Assembly (NCBI RefSeq): GCF_009914755.1
Contig: NC_060927.1
Direction: 5' to 3' (one strand)
Source: the human T2T-CHM13v2.0 reference genome, Homo sapiens
DNA: 64,000 nucleotides
Notes under the pieces: model-generated
What the model was told of the DNA's origin: nothing
Database searches by the model: none
What the model saw: only the letters and a program-made list of their open reading frames with translations
Translations under genes and position numbers: made by a program
Shown here: positions 1-14,200 of the stretch, piece after piece
Position numbering within the stretch: the stretch's first letter is position 1
Layout of the letters: each line of letters starts with the position of its first letter

Positions 1-434
1 AGGCCCAATCTTCTTCCCAACGGTGTGGTCACAGCCAAGGTACATCTGCTAGGTCCATATGAAACCCTACTGCCTTCCAGCTCCTTCTAGCCAGCTCAAC
101 TGCATGGAGGAAACTTTGGGCTGTAGGATGTGGAATTAACCTTCTGGTGGATTTTGTTATTTGGCTTGGGTTGCTCTTGTCACTGGGTTTAGTGCGGTAT
201 AAATAGGAATCATTCTTTCTCCCACAAACATTTTTGTAGAATTTTTCTTTCCCACCCCTTGCATGCTGTTGCAGGCAGATTTCATTACTTTTCCAGTCAT
301 CTTGGTAAATTAAAATAGTTTCATTGGTAAAACTAAAAAGTCCAGTCTAATCTAACACCAAAACTTCAGACTCTCCAATTCAGATTTCCCCCTCTTCCAA
401 AGTCAGACGAAACTGGTGGTTTGAGGATAGGTAG

Positions 435-1004
<570 letters not shown>

Positions 1005-1584
1005 TAGGGTCTCTATGCCTTACTATTTTCTGGGGCGATGCACACACTCTTTGCTGACTTCTTACAAATCCTCCCCATATCTAGCTTGTCATGGCACATC
1101 ATCAGGAATGCTTTGCTCCAGCAGGCGGTCAGTGCTCTTCGATGAGGTCCTCTCAAGATAGCTTAAGCGTGGACTAAACTTCACAGGGTCCACATGAAAA
1201 ATTGGCTTCACTGATCCACCAAATTATCAAGGTACACTCCATTTCTATTCTGCCCTCAAGCGGTGCTCCAGCCAGCCCTTCATGTTCATATCTCCCCAGG
1301 TTCTAGGGAAACCATGTCCATTTCTCTGAACAGCTCTCTCACATTCCAACCTCATCACAAGATTCTCTGGCTGCACAAACCTTCAGCCAGGGAGGAAGTT
1401 TCTACTTGTTCCTCCTATCTGACAATGCCAATCTCCAAAAATGAGTTTTTGGGAACTCCTTCAGTTGTTTTGGGGTAGGTGAGGGGCAAGAATCTTCTCT
1501 AATGATTCCACCTTTAATTAACCCAAGTCTTCTTTTGTGTAAGCTGGATGTTAAAGACGGGCTGAATGAGTTTGGTGGCTTAGT

Positions 1585-2357
1585 GAGCCAAGTCAGCATA
1601 GGCTAAATGCTATAACAAACACCACAGTGGCTTTAAATGTCATGTCGTTGACCAAAGTGGTCAATAGGTTGGTGGTTGTAGGGGAGCTCTGCTCTGTGTA
1701 GTTGCTCAGTATCTAGGCTTTTTTTCACTAGTGTCTTTGCTGTATTCTATGTGAAGGGTCTTATTTTATGCCATGGCTTCCTTTGGTAGTCTGTTAAAAC
1801 CAACAAAGTGTGGTTAAAAATAATATTTTGTTGGTTCTGAGCCTGGGCCTCAGGAAACTTTACACACTTCTGCTCTTTTTCTTGAAATCCTGCCACTTCC
1901 AAATAAACAAGCTTGGATTCATCTGCTGGAAAATGAGAGACACGTGGTCAGCTGTGCAGTCACCCCAGCCTATAGCTAGCCAAACTCCAGAAGCAGAGAA
2001 GGTTGCTGACCTGCCTCTGACTGCAGACACAAAAGGGAGCCATGACAAGACTACAGCAATCACCCAACAAGCTTGACCTAACTTGCTGACCTGCTGAATT
2101 GTGGTATAGATAAATGGTTGTTATTTTAAGCCACTAAGTTTGGGGTGGTTTGTTTCATAGAAATAACTCACTGATACAAAGATGATAACTTTTCTTTTAA
2201 TTGACATGGCTGGTTGGTGAACTAGTTCCTTTCAATTACATTCCATTGCTGAAAGCTAGTTATCGGGCCTACCTTACATAGAAGAGGAGATTATAAAGTG
2301 TAGTCCAGTACTGTATCCAGAGGAGGCAGAGGACATGGATATCAGTGGATCCCTGTC
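1585..2357 (-). mobile_element. MLT1 (ERVL-MaLR) LTR, interrupted by other repeat fragments including a + strand MLT1
   Basis: MLT1-like 'gctaaatgctataacaaac..acagtggcttta' at the left end and 'ttccattgctgaaagctagt..gtgtagtcc' at the right. The internal + strand MLT1 3' end is 'ataaatggttgttattttaagccactaagtttggggtggtttgtt..ctgataca' (to ~2178). Confidence 0.6.
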
Positions 2358-2914
2358 ATAAGCACTTACTCATTTTTCTGAGGCAATGGACACACTTTCT
2401 GTTGACTTCTTACAAATCTTGGAGTCTCAGCTGAAGCTCCTGTTCAAAGACAGAATTATTATGTAAAATCTTGTTGTGCCTTGTGATAGAGAAGATCACT
2501 ATCTTATGTTCTGATGACTCTCCAAAGAGGGTAAGATTCTGTTTAAGTAGACTCAGGGCCTGGTTATCTTTAGTTCAAGGACAGAAAGGAGGGAGTCAGC
2601 ATAGGCCTACAGGCCTGAGCCATATACCTTCAAATGCATTTTTCAAGCCCTTCTAGTTTCTTGTGTATATTTCCTGTGGTGAGGAACCCCACTGGGAAGA
2701 GAGATCATGGCAGGATTTATGCATTCTTGTATTGTTGTGTTGTGATTGATATCATCACAGCAGCATCAATATCTTTGTTCATTGCTCTTAGGAGTCAGTA
2801 TCCAGTCTATAAACTCATGTTCTATAGTTCTAGTAGCATGATTTATGATTCATGAGTTTAAATGATATCTCAATACTGTAACACCACACACAGACACCGT
2901 AGATTATGTTAGAG

Positions 2915-3130
2915 GGAGTGTAATGCATCAGACAGACCCAGGTCTCAATCCTTTCTTTTCTACGTACTAACTCTGTGACCTTGGGTAAATTCTTTAAATG
3001 CAGGTGCCTGTTTCCCTTTAGCAAAATGTATACAATTATAGCAAACATCCCAGTTTCTTGTGAGCATTACATGAAAGAAAGAATGTGAAAGTACTTGGCA
3101 CTGGTAGATGCTCTGCAAATGCTAACTGAA
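2915..3130 (+). mobile_element. MIR SINE
   Basis: 'cagacagacccaggt..ctctgtgaccttgggtaaatt..gtgaaagtacttggcac' MIR core. Confidence 0.8.
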
Positions 3131-3387
3131 TCTAAATTAGAGGAGAAGGAAGCTAGTGTTTTAAAACATACTTTAAAAAGTGGAAATAGATCAGAATGTT
3201 GAGTTAATCATAGTACATTGTAATCATACATACATGTAAGGCCCCTCTCTTGTATGAATCCATTTATTTCATTTCTCCTTTATCCCTGTTTCACTGTCTC
3301 ATTTATCTTCTCCCATAGGTATCTGTTACATACACTTTATATATAATCTTAAATTCATTTATCTTTGAAAAATAGTTTGTTGTATGT

Positions 3388-3550
3388 AAAATTGGATTGT
3401 TTGTAACTCACAGGATAAATGCTTGAGGGAACAGATATCCCATTCCTCATGAGGTGCCTATTTTACATTGCATGCCTGTATAAAAACATCTCATGTACCC
3501 CCTTAATATGTATAACTACTATGTACCCACAAAAGTTTAAAAAATTTTTT
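3388..3550 (+). mobile_element. L1MA-type 3' end nested in the older L1
   Basis: 'aggataaatgcttgagg..cattgcatgcctgtat..catctcatgtacccc..tactatgtacccacaaaa'. Same family as 54728-55190. Confidence 0.85.
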
Positions 3551-4889
3551 TAAAGTTTATGCAGATGGAATTATACTATAAATTTCTGTCTTTTTAAAAA
3601 CCTTTCACCCAACAACATGTTTTAAATGATTGTCTATGGTGCTGAATGCTGTCTCATTCATTACTTTTAAGGCTAAATTATGTTGTGTTATATTTTCTAC
3701 TTTTAACTTACCCATTCCCCAATTGTTGGATAACCAGGTTATCTCCAATACCAAAAATATACGTTAAAATATCTTCTAAAATGCATTTTTACCAACCTGC
3801 TGTAAAATTTCTCTAGCACGTATGCCCAAGAGAGGGACTTATGGATCACAGATGTGTGCATACTTATTTTATTGACGACACAACCAGATGCCTTTCTAGG
3901 AGGGCAGTACCAGTTTATACGGCTGTCAGTACTGCATGATGAGCCTGTTTTCTGACATCTTCACCATCTTTCTAATTTTTGTATTATAATGGATATACAA
4001 TGGTATCTTATTGTCATTTTAGTTTTTATTTCTCTATATACTTGTGTGTGTAAGAGTCTCTTTATATGCATGTTGGTCATTTGGGAATCCCTTCTTTGCA
4101 TCATCTCCTCGTGTGCTAGGGAATCAATTTTCTCAACACTATATGCTAACCAAATCATCCCTTCCCTATTGCTTTAAAGAGTCACATCTACTGTGAATCA
4201 AAGTCACTTACAAACAAATCTATTTCTGAGGTCTCTATTCTGTTCCACATTTATTCTATTTATCTTTTTCCATATTAGTCCATACTGTTTATATCACAAT
4301 GGCCTTTCCTACATCTTAATATCATATAGAATGACATGCTGTCCTCACCTCATCTTTCCTCTTTTATTTCAAAACTGACTTAGCCCTTCATGAATTCTAT
4401 TCTTCCTTTGTATCCTCAGTGCCAATTTATTAGCCTGTTGTCCCAACACAATTTATTGAAAGAGTTAGCTTTTAATAACTAATGTGGTGCTAACTTAATC
4501 ACTCATCTACATTTCTAAGATATGTAAGATATATGTAAGATATAGTATATAGTGTTCTTAGTTTTGCTAATTTGTTTTGTAGTCATCATTTTCTTTTCCT
4601 CTTTGACCAAAGAGTTATTTTAGAGAGTGACTTTTAACAACTCAAAGTGGCTCTATTTTTAGGGTTAATATATTCTTATCAGTCTCTAGTTTTACTGCAC
4701 TTTGATTAGAGATGTGGTCTGCATAATATATACTTTTTAGAATTATAGATTGTCTTTGTGGTCTAATATATGATAGATTTATGTGAACGAGCCATCGGCA
4801 CTGGAAATCTATTCTCCATAGAGTTAAAGTTTAGTAATTATTAAACCAACCTTTATTAATTATTTAACTCAAATCCTTTTATCTAGTAT

Positions 4890-5050
4890 TAGTAAACCAT
4901 ATGGGGCCACAGGGAAGTTCGTGAATGGGCTTCAGGGTATCTATAAATTCCCTGACATACAGGCAATATGCACAGGCTTCTGAGTGAGGAGAGATCTTTC
5001 ATGAGATTCTCACAGGGGTCCAAGAGTCTAAAAAGATGAACAACTGCAGG
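4890..5050 (+). mobile_element. hAT-Charlie DNA transposon fragment
   Basis: Charlie-like end 'catgagattctcacaggggtccaagagtctaaaaagatgaacaactg'. Confidence 0.5.
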
Positions 5051-6134
5051 ATTAATTTTTGTTTTATGTTTGTTTATATCTATTTGATCCATCAATAGCA
5101 TTATAACTGTGCTTTTAACAATTTTGTCTTGTTTTTATATTTCTTTTTATATATTGAAACAGTGTTGACTGATGCATGTTTGTGGATATGTACAATGTAA
5201 CTGTAGATTTTATTCTTTATCATTATAAAATGTTAATTATAAAACCATTAAGAATTCCTTTTAATATATTTGCCCTGAATTCAGCAGTGTCTGATTTTAT
5301 TACTCAATGGGAGCTTTCAGTTTATTTGTGTTTGTCTGACATATTTTTTCTACTTTGGGCTTTTTGCTTAGTTGGATTCTTTTTATATCAATTGTGTTTA
5401 ATATGGAATTTTAATCTTTCTGTGTTCATTGCAATAAATGATATATTTGCTCCTACTTCTGTCATTTTGTTTTTATTTGGTTGTTGATACTCATGCTTTG
5501 CTTTTTTTGTTGTTTCTGTCTTTCACTGTATGCTAGATGGATTTGCATTCATTGTTTTTCTTTTCTCCAGTGGTTTGCGTATTTTAATTGCAGTCTATTT
5601 AACACCACATTTTTGATCCTTTAAATTTTTTTCAAACATGTTATAACATATATCTATTTGATATAAAAATTGGTTTCCTTTAAGTCCTCTTTATAATTTA
5701 AGAATTCGTACATACTTTTACTTATACTCTTTTTCTTTTCTACTTATACAGACTTACATTTTAATTTAGTTTTTTACAATTTCATAATTAGTTTTGTATT
5801 ATGTACTTCATTAGCATATTGTCATCATTTGTATTATTTTAAGTCATATTTATAATAATTTAGTCATTTTGTACTAGTTGCTATCACTAGTCTCTACCAA
5901 TAATTTTATATTATGATTTTTCCTGTCTTGGTATCTTAATTTTGCTTTATCTTTTTTCATTGTTTCATGTCCATCTTCAAGTAATTTATAAAAGATAATG
6001 TATTTTCAAGTCCCTTTTATTCTTGAGATTATCTTTCTTTGCCTTCCCACATAAATGACAGCTAGGGTCAATGTGAATGTATTAATTAGCAATCGCTGCC
6101 TTAAAAGCCACGTTGAAAGTTAACGACTTAACAG

Positions 6135-6562
6135 TGCCTGAGGGATGGAGGGATTGGGGAGATGTTGGTCAAAGGACACAAAATTTCAGTTAGACAGGAG
6201 GAATAAGTTAAAGAGATCTATCTTACACCACGGTGATTGCGGTTAAGAACAATACATTGTATACTTGAATATTGCTAAGAGAATAGCCTATATGTGTTCT
6301 TACCACGAAAAAGGTATATATATATATAATATAATATATAATATATATAATATATATACCTTTTATTATATATACACAATATAATAAAAGATATATATAC
6401 TTTTTTATATATACCTATTATATATAATATAAGGTATATATATAATATATAATATTTATATATATAAAGGTATATAAAGGTATGTGTAAAAAGGTATATA
6501 CATGTACATATATAATGTTGTACACCATAAATATAATTTTTCCTTGTCAAAAAGATTTTTTA
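6135..6562 (+). mobile_element. L1MA8/9-like 3' UTR interrupted by a TA-rich repeat
   Basis: 'gatgttggtcaaaggacacaaaatttcagttagacaggaggaataagtt..tgctaagaga', resuming as 'tgttgtacaccataaatata'. Confidence 0.85.
6308..6514. repeat. (TA)n-rich low-complexity repeat with internal inverted AAAAGGTATATA units
   Basis: Directly visible. Confidence 0.95.
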
Positions 6563-6564
6563 AA

Positions 6565-7035
6565 AGTCAGAGACTTAAGACAATAATCTTTTATTTAGCT
6601 CAGAATTCTGCGGGTTTCCATTTTGGGCTGAGCTCTGCTGGGAACTTCGGGTCTAGGATGGTCCCACTCATGTATCTGTGGTAGCTGCTGGGTTGGCTAG
6701 GGCCTGGCCTCATCTGGAATGGCTCTGTCCTCTGTGGACTCATTCTACAACAGGCGAGGCCAGCCTTGTTCACATGGCAGCTTGGCAGGCTTCCAAGAGA
6801 AAGCACAGAACATGCAAATTACATGCAGTTACAAGGCCTAGGCTCGCCACTGGCACAGCAGCACGTCTAACATGTTCTATTGTCCAAAGCAAGGATCTGA
6901 GACCACCAGCTCAGGTTGAAGGAGCAGGAAAATAGACTCCACCTCCTAATGGGAGATGCCGCAAAGTCACATTGGAAAAGGGGACTCATAAAAGAAGGAG
7001 ATGCTCGTTGCCATTTTAGCAAATCAGTCTACTAT
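6565..7035 (-). mobile_element. MLT1 (MLT1F/G-like) LTR
   Basis: 'ttatttagctcagaattctg..gggctgagctctgctggg..cacatggcag..aaatagactccacctcctaatgggag..gcaaagtcacattg'. Confidence 0.8.
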
Positions 7036-7590
7036 AGTATATAGAATTTCCGACACGATCCCTTAAAAACTGAAGGTATTATTTATCTCCCAGTATTTAG
7101 TGAGTTGTCCTATTTTACTTATGTATATTTGATATTTATTCACATTTTCTTTTTTTTCTTTATATTTCAGAATTGTTCCTCAGCTTTTCAGGTCATGTCC
7201 TTTGTAGACAGATGAAATTTATGTAACATTGGATTTCTTTCTTGCTGCCTTCAATATATTTTATTGAATTTTATTAAATTATGTTGTAATGAATTCTTCT
7301 CCTAACATCTTTTCTGTCCCCTTATCAGCTGCTAATTTTGATTGCAACTTTTTCCCACCTTGTGATGAGACCATGCTTCCCCTCTCTCCTTTTATGGTCA
7401 CCTAATACTTTTAGGAAATTTGATTCTGGACTGACTGATTATCTCCAAAGACGTTGTGCAAACTTTGAGTGTTCTCTCTTCTTTTATAGATTTTAAAAAT
7501 AATAGTATCATATGTAATGTGATACTATTATTGTATACGTAATAGATCTTAAAAATAAAAGTATCATATGTATTTTTCACTTTATAATCA

Positions 7591-8242
<652 letters not shown>

Positions 8243-8939
8243 CTACGACCTAACTGCTCTCTGGTGGTCACTACTCAAAGTTTCATCGTATGCACCAGAA
8301 ATTATTTTTCTGCATGTGTACAAGCACATATTTTACATAAATAAAATAATGTTATTAACGTTGTTCACATATTTTTGTTTTTCACTTATATTTTGAAGAT
8401 GTTCCCTGGTCAGTATACACAGAATTGTTACCTTTTTTTGTAAGAACTCCATAGAATTCGATTATATGGATCAACCAAAATTGATTTACTAATTTCCCTA
8501 CTGTCAAATATTTCAATATTTCGAAGTGTTAGTATAACAATTTTCTATAACATAAATTTCGCAATGCATACCATCGTGACTTTCTGAACATGTTGTATAT
8601 TTCTAGGAATGAAGTTTTTAGGAAAGATCATGTGTATTTTACATTTTGGTAGGTAGTGGCAAATTGTCTTTGAAAAAGTTTCAATAATTCACAATCTAAC
8701 CAAAACAAAATGGCCATGCCTCTTTCGCCACTTGGTTTAAAAAAACTTTGGTTTTATCATTTGTTTAAAATTGCCAATCTGATAGGCATTACTGTCTCAG
8801 TGTTGTTTGCTTGGCATCTTTATATGATTATTGGTTATTTATATTTATTGCTTTGTGAATTGCTTACGTATATCCTTTACTTTTATTTAAGCGGGGATGT
8901 TTATCTTTTTCTTATTGATTTTAAATAACTTGCTCAAAG

Positions 8940-9200
8940 CAGCATAAAGTGGTGTTTAAAAGCAGGGCCTCTGGTGCTAGTCTGTGTGGTTTCATATCCT
9001 GACTGAACACTTATCAGCTGTTTGACCTGGTATGAGCTACTTAATCTTTCTATATTTTGGTTCCATTATCTGTAAAATGCAAATAATAACGATATCTATC
9101 ATTTAGGTTTCTTGTGAGACTTAAAATAGGTAATTCATGTAAAGCACTTGCCATAGTACTTGATTCATAGTTAGAGCTAAATAGTCGTTAGTCATATTAA
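8940..9200 (+). mobile_element. MIR SINE
   Basis: 'agcataaagtggt..cagctgtttgacctgg..atctgtaaaatg..catgtaaagcactt'. Confidence 0.8.
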
Positions 9201-9360
9201 TAATGAAGTAATATTTAAAATACCAGCCCATTGTCTTTTAAATGCATTGTAAAAGTATTTTTCCAGCTTTCTAATTTATCTTCAATTTCAAAGGCCTTTT
9301 CACTCAAGATTATTTAAAAAATGAGTGATGACTTTTTAAAGTAATTTTTGAGCTTTATTT

Positions 9361-9656
<296 letters not shown>

Positions 9657-10065
9657 TAAGCTTTATTTTTTACTTTTAGTTTATTTGTTTATTTTTTCCT
9701 GTAGAAAACAGTTTATTTTCAAAGTATATTGTAAATTTACAGTAACCTCAAATTACGAAGTTGGGGAAATGTTAAGGAAGTTAGGGTAAACCCTCTGGAT
9801 ATATATTGTATTATAAATATGAATACCATAAGAGTATACAAGATATGTACAATATATATGAAATATAGAACATAAAATTATATGCACACTGGGATGACTG
9901 CGTAAAATAGAAAAGCAGGGAAAAATGAGCCTTCTGTATTTTTTACTTTTAAATGGTCAATTTTTCTGAAATATATTTTGGTGTAAGGTTTGGAGTATTA
10001 ATCAATTTTCATTTTATTTTCAAATGGTAAGCCAGTTGTCCCAATACTATTTTCATCTTTGGTAA

Positions 10066-10478
<413 letters not shown>

Positions 10479-10649
10479 ACCAATTACTTTTAATTGTTAT
10501 AGCTTATAATTCTTTTCACTAATATGGTATGTCTATTCCCTTTCATTACATATACTTTTCATTATTTTCCAGCTTAAATATGCACATTTACTTATTAGTG
10601 AATTTTAATATAATTTAAAATATTTTAATTAAAGACTGAATGATATAAA

Positions 10650-12528
10650 TTAATATTTTATCATAAATGTAAGTAGCAAATAATGCTAAACACCAGTGAT
10701 CCCACTTGCCTGAGGGATGGAACATTTCCTAGAAGTAGCACGTAGAAGGTTCTGTATGCCCTTTTCCTATCTCATCTCCAGATGTGTTTACATATCTACG
10801 TATACGACAAGGGATTGTTTAGTTGTACCTGTTTTTGAACTATGTATAAACTACATTATATTTGACTAATTCCTCTTGATTTGGTGTTTTGCTCAATATT
10901 ATGTTCATGGTATTCATCTATGTTAATTTTGTACTGCTGTTCGTATTCCATTATATAAATACATCACAATTTATTGGTATCTTTTGTTTATGGGCATTTG
11001 GATGGTTTCCAGATCATGTTTTTAAAAAAATGTTTTATTACCCATATGATTGCTGTGAATGTTCTTGAGTATTTCTGGCGCATATATGTAAAGATTTCTC
11101 AAGGAGTGAATTTGCTGGGCATTAGGCATGTACACCTCCAACCTTTCTAGTGGTCACCAAAGAGCTGTCTTTAATGGTTGAATTAATTTATACCCCATTC
11201 AGAAGGTTATAAGAGAGAATCACTTTTTCCAGGTCCCCTCTTGCCTCACCCTCCAAATGTCCATCTCTATAGCAACAACAACACAACTAATGCTATTTGA
11301 TTTAGAACCATATTACAGAATAGTTCAGGGAGAATTGGCATCTTTACAGTTTTGCATCTTTTTATCTCAGCACAATGGGTATCTTTCCATTTATTTAATA
11401 CTGCATTTATGTTCTGAGAGTTTTAAAGTTTTTTCAATTTCTTGTTACAGTTATGAATATTTTCCGTAAGTTTATATTTTGAGCACTATAAGCCAAATAG
11501 GAAAGTTTCATGCATGTTATAATATGTTTGCCGAACTGTTTGAAATTAAGCTGTATATCTCATGACCCTTCATCCTCAAATACTTTGGCCTAATTCTCTT
11601 AAGAATACATACATAAGCTCAGTATTACCATCTTGCTTAAAAGAATTAAGAATAATTCTCTACTATGAGCTAGTGCACATTCATATTTATCCTCAAAAGG
11701 TCTTTTATAGTTTTCTCCAAAACAGAATTGAATCAAGGTTCATACATTGCACATGGCATTTTGTTATGTCTTTTTAATCTTCTTTTTCAAGAATTATACT
11801 CTCCCATGTTTAATGACTTTTTTGTAAGACATTTTATTACATTTTCATATATACATAAAAGTACATGGATTAATAAGTGAACCTGCATGTACCCACTACC
11901 AAGTTTTAACAATTATCAGTATTTTGCCAATCTGTTTGCTCTACTCATCTTTCCCCATATCCCAACCACAGTTTTTTCCGTGTTGACAGCTTTCAAAGGA
12001 ATTCCCAGACATCACATCAATTCATCCTTAAATAATTCATCATGCATCTGTAAGAACTTTTCCCATGTAACCACCATACCATTATGACAGTTAACAAAAA
12101 TAACAAGTTCCGAGTATTACCTTGTTTCTATTTCATATTTAGATTTACCTGATTGTCTCAAATTTTCTTTTGAAGTTGGGTTGCCTGATCAGGATCCTAA
12201 AAAAGGCTTATACATTGCCTTTTGGTGTTGTATTATTCTATAGGTTATGCAATCCAAATACTGTTTTCAAATGTCAGTTGAAGTGTTTATTGTCTCTATT
12301 TTTAATTTTAATGTTTGCTTTTTTCCTTCCATGATTAACTTATTTTTGAATGTGTAAAACATTAATGTGGTTCATGAGTACAAAGTATATACAAACTAAT
12401 ACTCGGAAAATTCTTGTTACCACCCTCCTCCCTTTCATTCCATTACTCGTCTCATTATCTCTGACTTTTATAGGTAACTATTTTTCCTAGTTGTGGCTTA
12501 TCCTTCCAATATGTCTTTTGGGAAAATA

Positions 12529-12583
<55 letters not shown>

Positions 12584-12900
12584 TGATATGTCCTGCTTTT
12601 TTTTTTTAACACAAAAGCTATCATACTCTAGATATTGTTGTGAATCCTGCATCTGTCACTTAACAATATATCTTGGAGATCACTTTACATCAGTACATAG
12701 ACTTTTCATTCTTTCTGTGTGACAACAGAGTGAAACTATCTGAATGGAGATAGCCTTATTTATTTAATAGTCCTCTGAACAAGCTTGAATACATATTGTC
12801 TAGTATTTTGGAGGAGTATCGTCAGGGTAGATTCTGAGATATGGGATTGGTGAATCAAAGGGAAACTGCTTGTGTAATTTTGTTAGATTTGTTAGATTTG
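10650..12900 (-). mobile_element. Patchwork of old L1 3' fragments (L1ME/L1MC-like)
   Basis: 'gggcatttggatggtttccag', 'catgacccttcatcctcaaatactt', 'gtgaacctgcatgtacccactaccaagttttaacaattatca'. Confidence 0.65.
12531..12582. repeat. (TG)26 microsatellite
   Basis: Directly visible. Confidence 0.99.
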
Positions 12901-13699
12901 TCATGAAATAAGATCTATTTTTTCTGTTATATTTTCTATCAGGTCAGACTCAGCCTTTTTCAACAGTCAATCTTTTGGTTATGTTCTCTGTCCACTGGTG
13001 CAGTTTATCACAGCTGTTCAGTTAAAAGGAAAATAAATATGCATAGTTAATAGTTCACATTCTTATTCTTTGCAGGATTTTACTTTCTCTATTTGGGTGG
13101 TGCCTTTCTCTGTTACCCACACTGTTGGGCCCTGAATGCTGTACGTGAAAATCTTTAATTCCTAGAATGCATCATTGTCAATGGACTCCTTGCTTCTGTT
13201 CCTACCTATGGTAATTTTCTTATAGAGCTCATGTGGCCCCAGACAAGCAATTTACCCAAACACATGTTGCCTTAACTCCTGTTCAGGTAATTTCTGAGTA
13301 TTACAATCTCATCTTGCATGTAGAAAAATGATACTTGGTTATGAAACATTTGGTGAATAAGTAGGGGAGGGGGCTAACATTCTGCATTCATTGGGGAGGG
13401 ATTTAATATTCTATCTTCATTATAGAATAGTTGGGAGTAGAGATAGAAAGTAGAGAGAGGTTGCTCTTCAATTTTTAGTTCTGTTATTAATTTTTACATG
13501 TAGTTTTCTCGGGATCATACCTATTCTTTGTGGATTCATGGATTGCCTTTTAGCCTAAATTTATGTGATAGTGTGAAGTTTCTTCACCCTTTGCTGTATT
13601 TTCACTGATATTTCAGTGAGAAGATAGACGGAAAAGGCATGTATTGGGGCTGCCAGCCAAAAGTCACTTCAAACCAGAAAACTCATTTTTGTGAGTATT

Positions 13700-13749
13700 A
13701 TAACATTCAGCTATTTCTGTGTAACAAGACATCTCCAAATTTGATGACT

Positions 13750-13781
<32 letters not shown>

Positions 13782-14200
13782 TCTGGCTAATTTGTGGTTT
13801 TCTAAGCATTAACTACCCCAGCTGGGTTTGGCTGGGCAGCCTTTCTTTCCTTGTCAGTCTGACCAGGCTTAGTTCCTTACTATAGATTGGACTCAGGTCT
13901 GCTGTCTATATTTTATTCTAGAGCCCAAGCTGAGTATCTGAGGAAGCTGTATTCATTGCAATAAAAGACGTGCAAGAGAGATGATAGAAACACATTTTTC
14001 TTCTTAATGCCTAGGTTTGGAATTGGCACACCTGGATCCAGCTTTTATTAGCCAAAACAAGTCACATGACAGCCCAAATCAAGGAACAAAGATTTCTATT
14101 CTGTCTCAGGTGGAAAGTACTGCAAAATCACATGACAAAGAGTATGGAATTGGGGGTGGGCGGGGGTGGAGAGCCAAAAATTGTAGCCAAAATATCAGTT
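13700..14200 (-). mobile_element. MLT1 LTR containing (TAA)10 at 13751-13781
   Basis: 'cagctatttctgtgtaacaa..ctccaaatttgatgacttta', 'ttagccaaaacaagtcacatgacagccc', 'ctgcaaaatcacatgacaaag'. Confidence 0.75.

Larger units (their letters stand above)
3250..6100 (-). mobile_element. Old L1 (L1M, probably L1ME/MC) fragments
   Basis: T-rich, highly diverged antisense L1 motifs, e.g. 'cagtaccagtttatac', 'tggtatcttattgtcattttagttttt', 'caatttattgaaagag'. Confidence 0.6.

Noticed and set aside
27-345. ~106-codon stop-free frame on the - strand (..YQDDWKSNEICLQQ..)
   Set aside because: It has no early start codon and no recognisable homology. Several frames this long are expected by chance in 64 kb x 6 frames.
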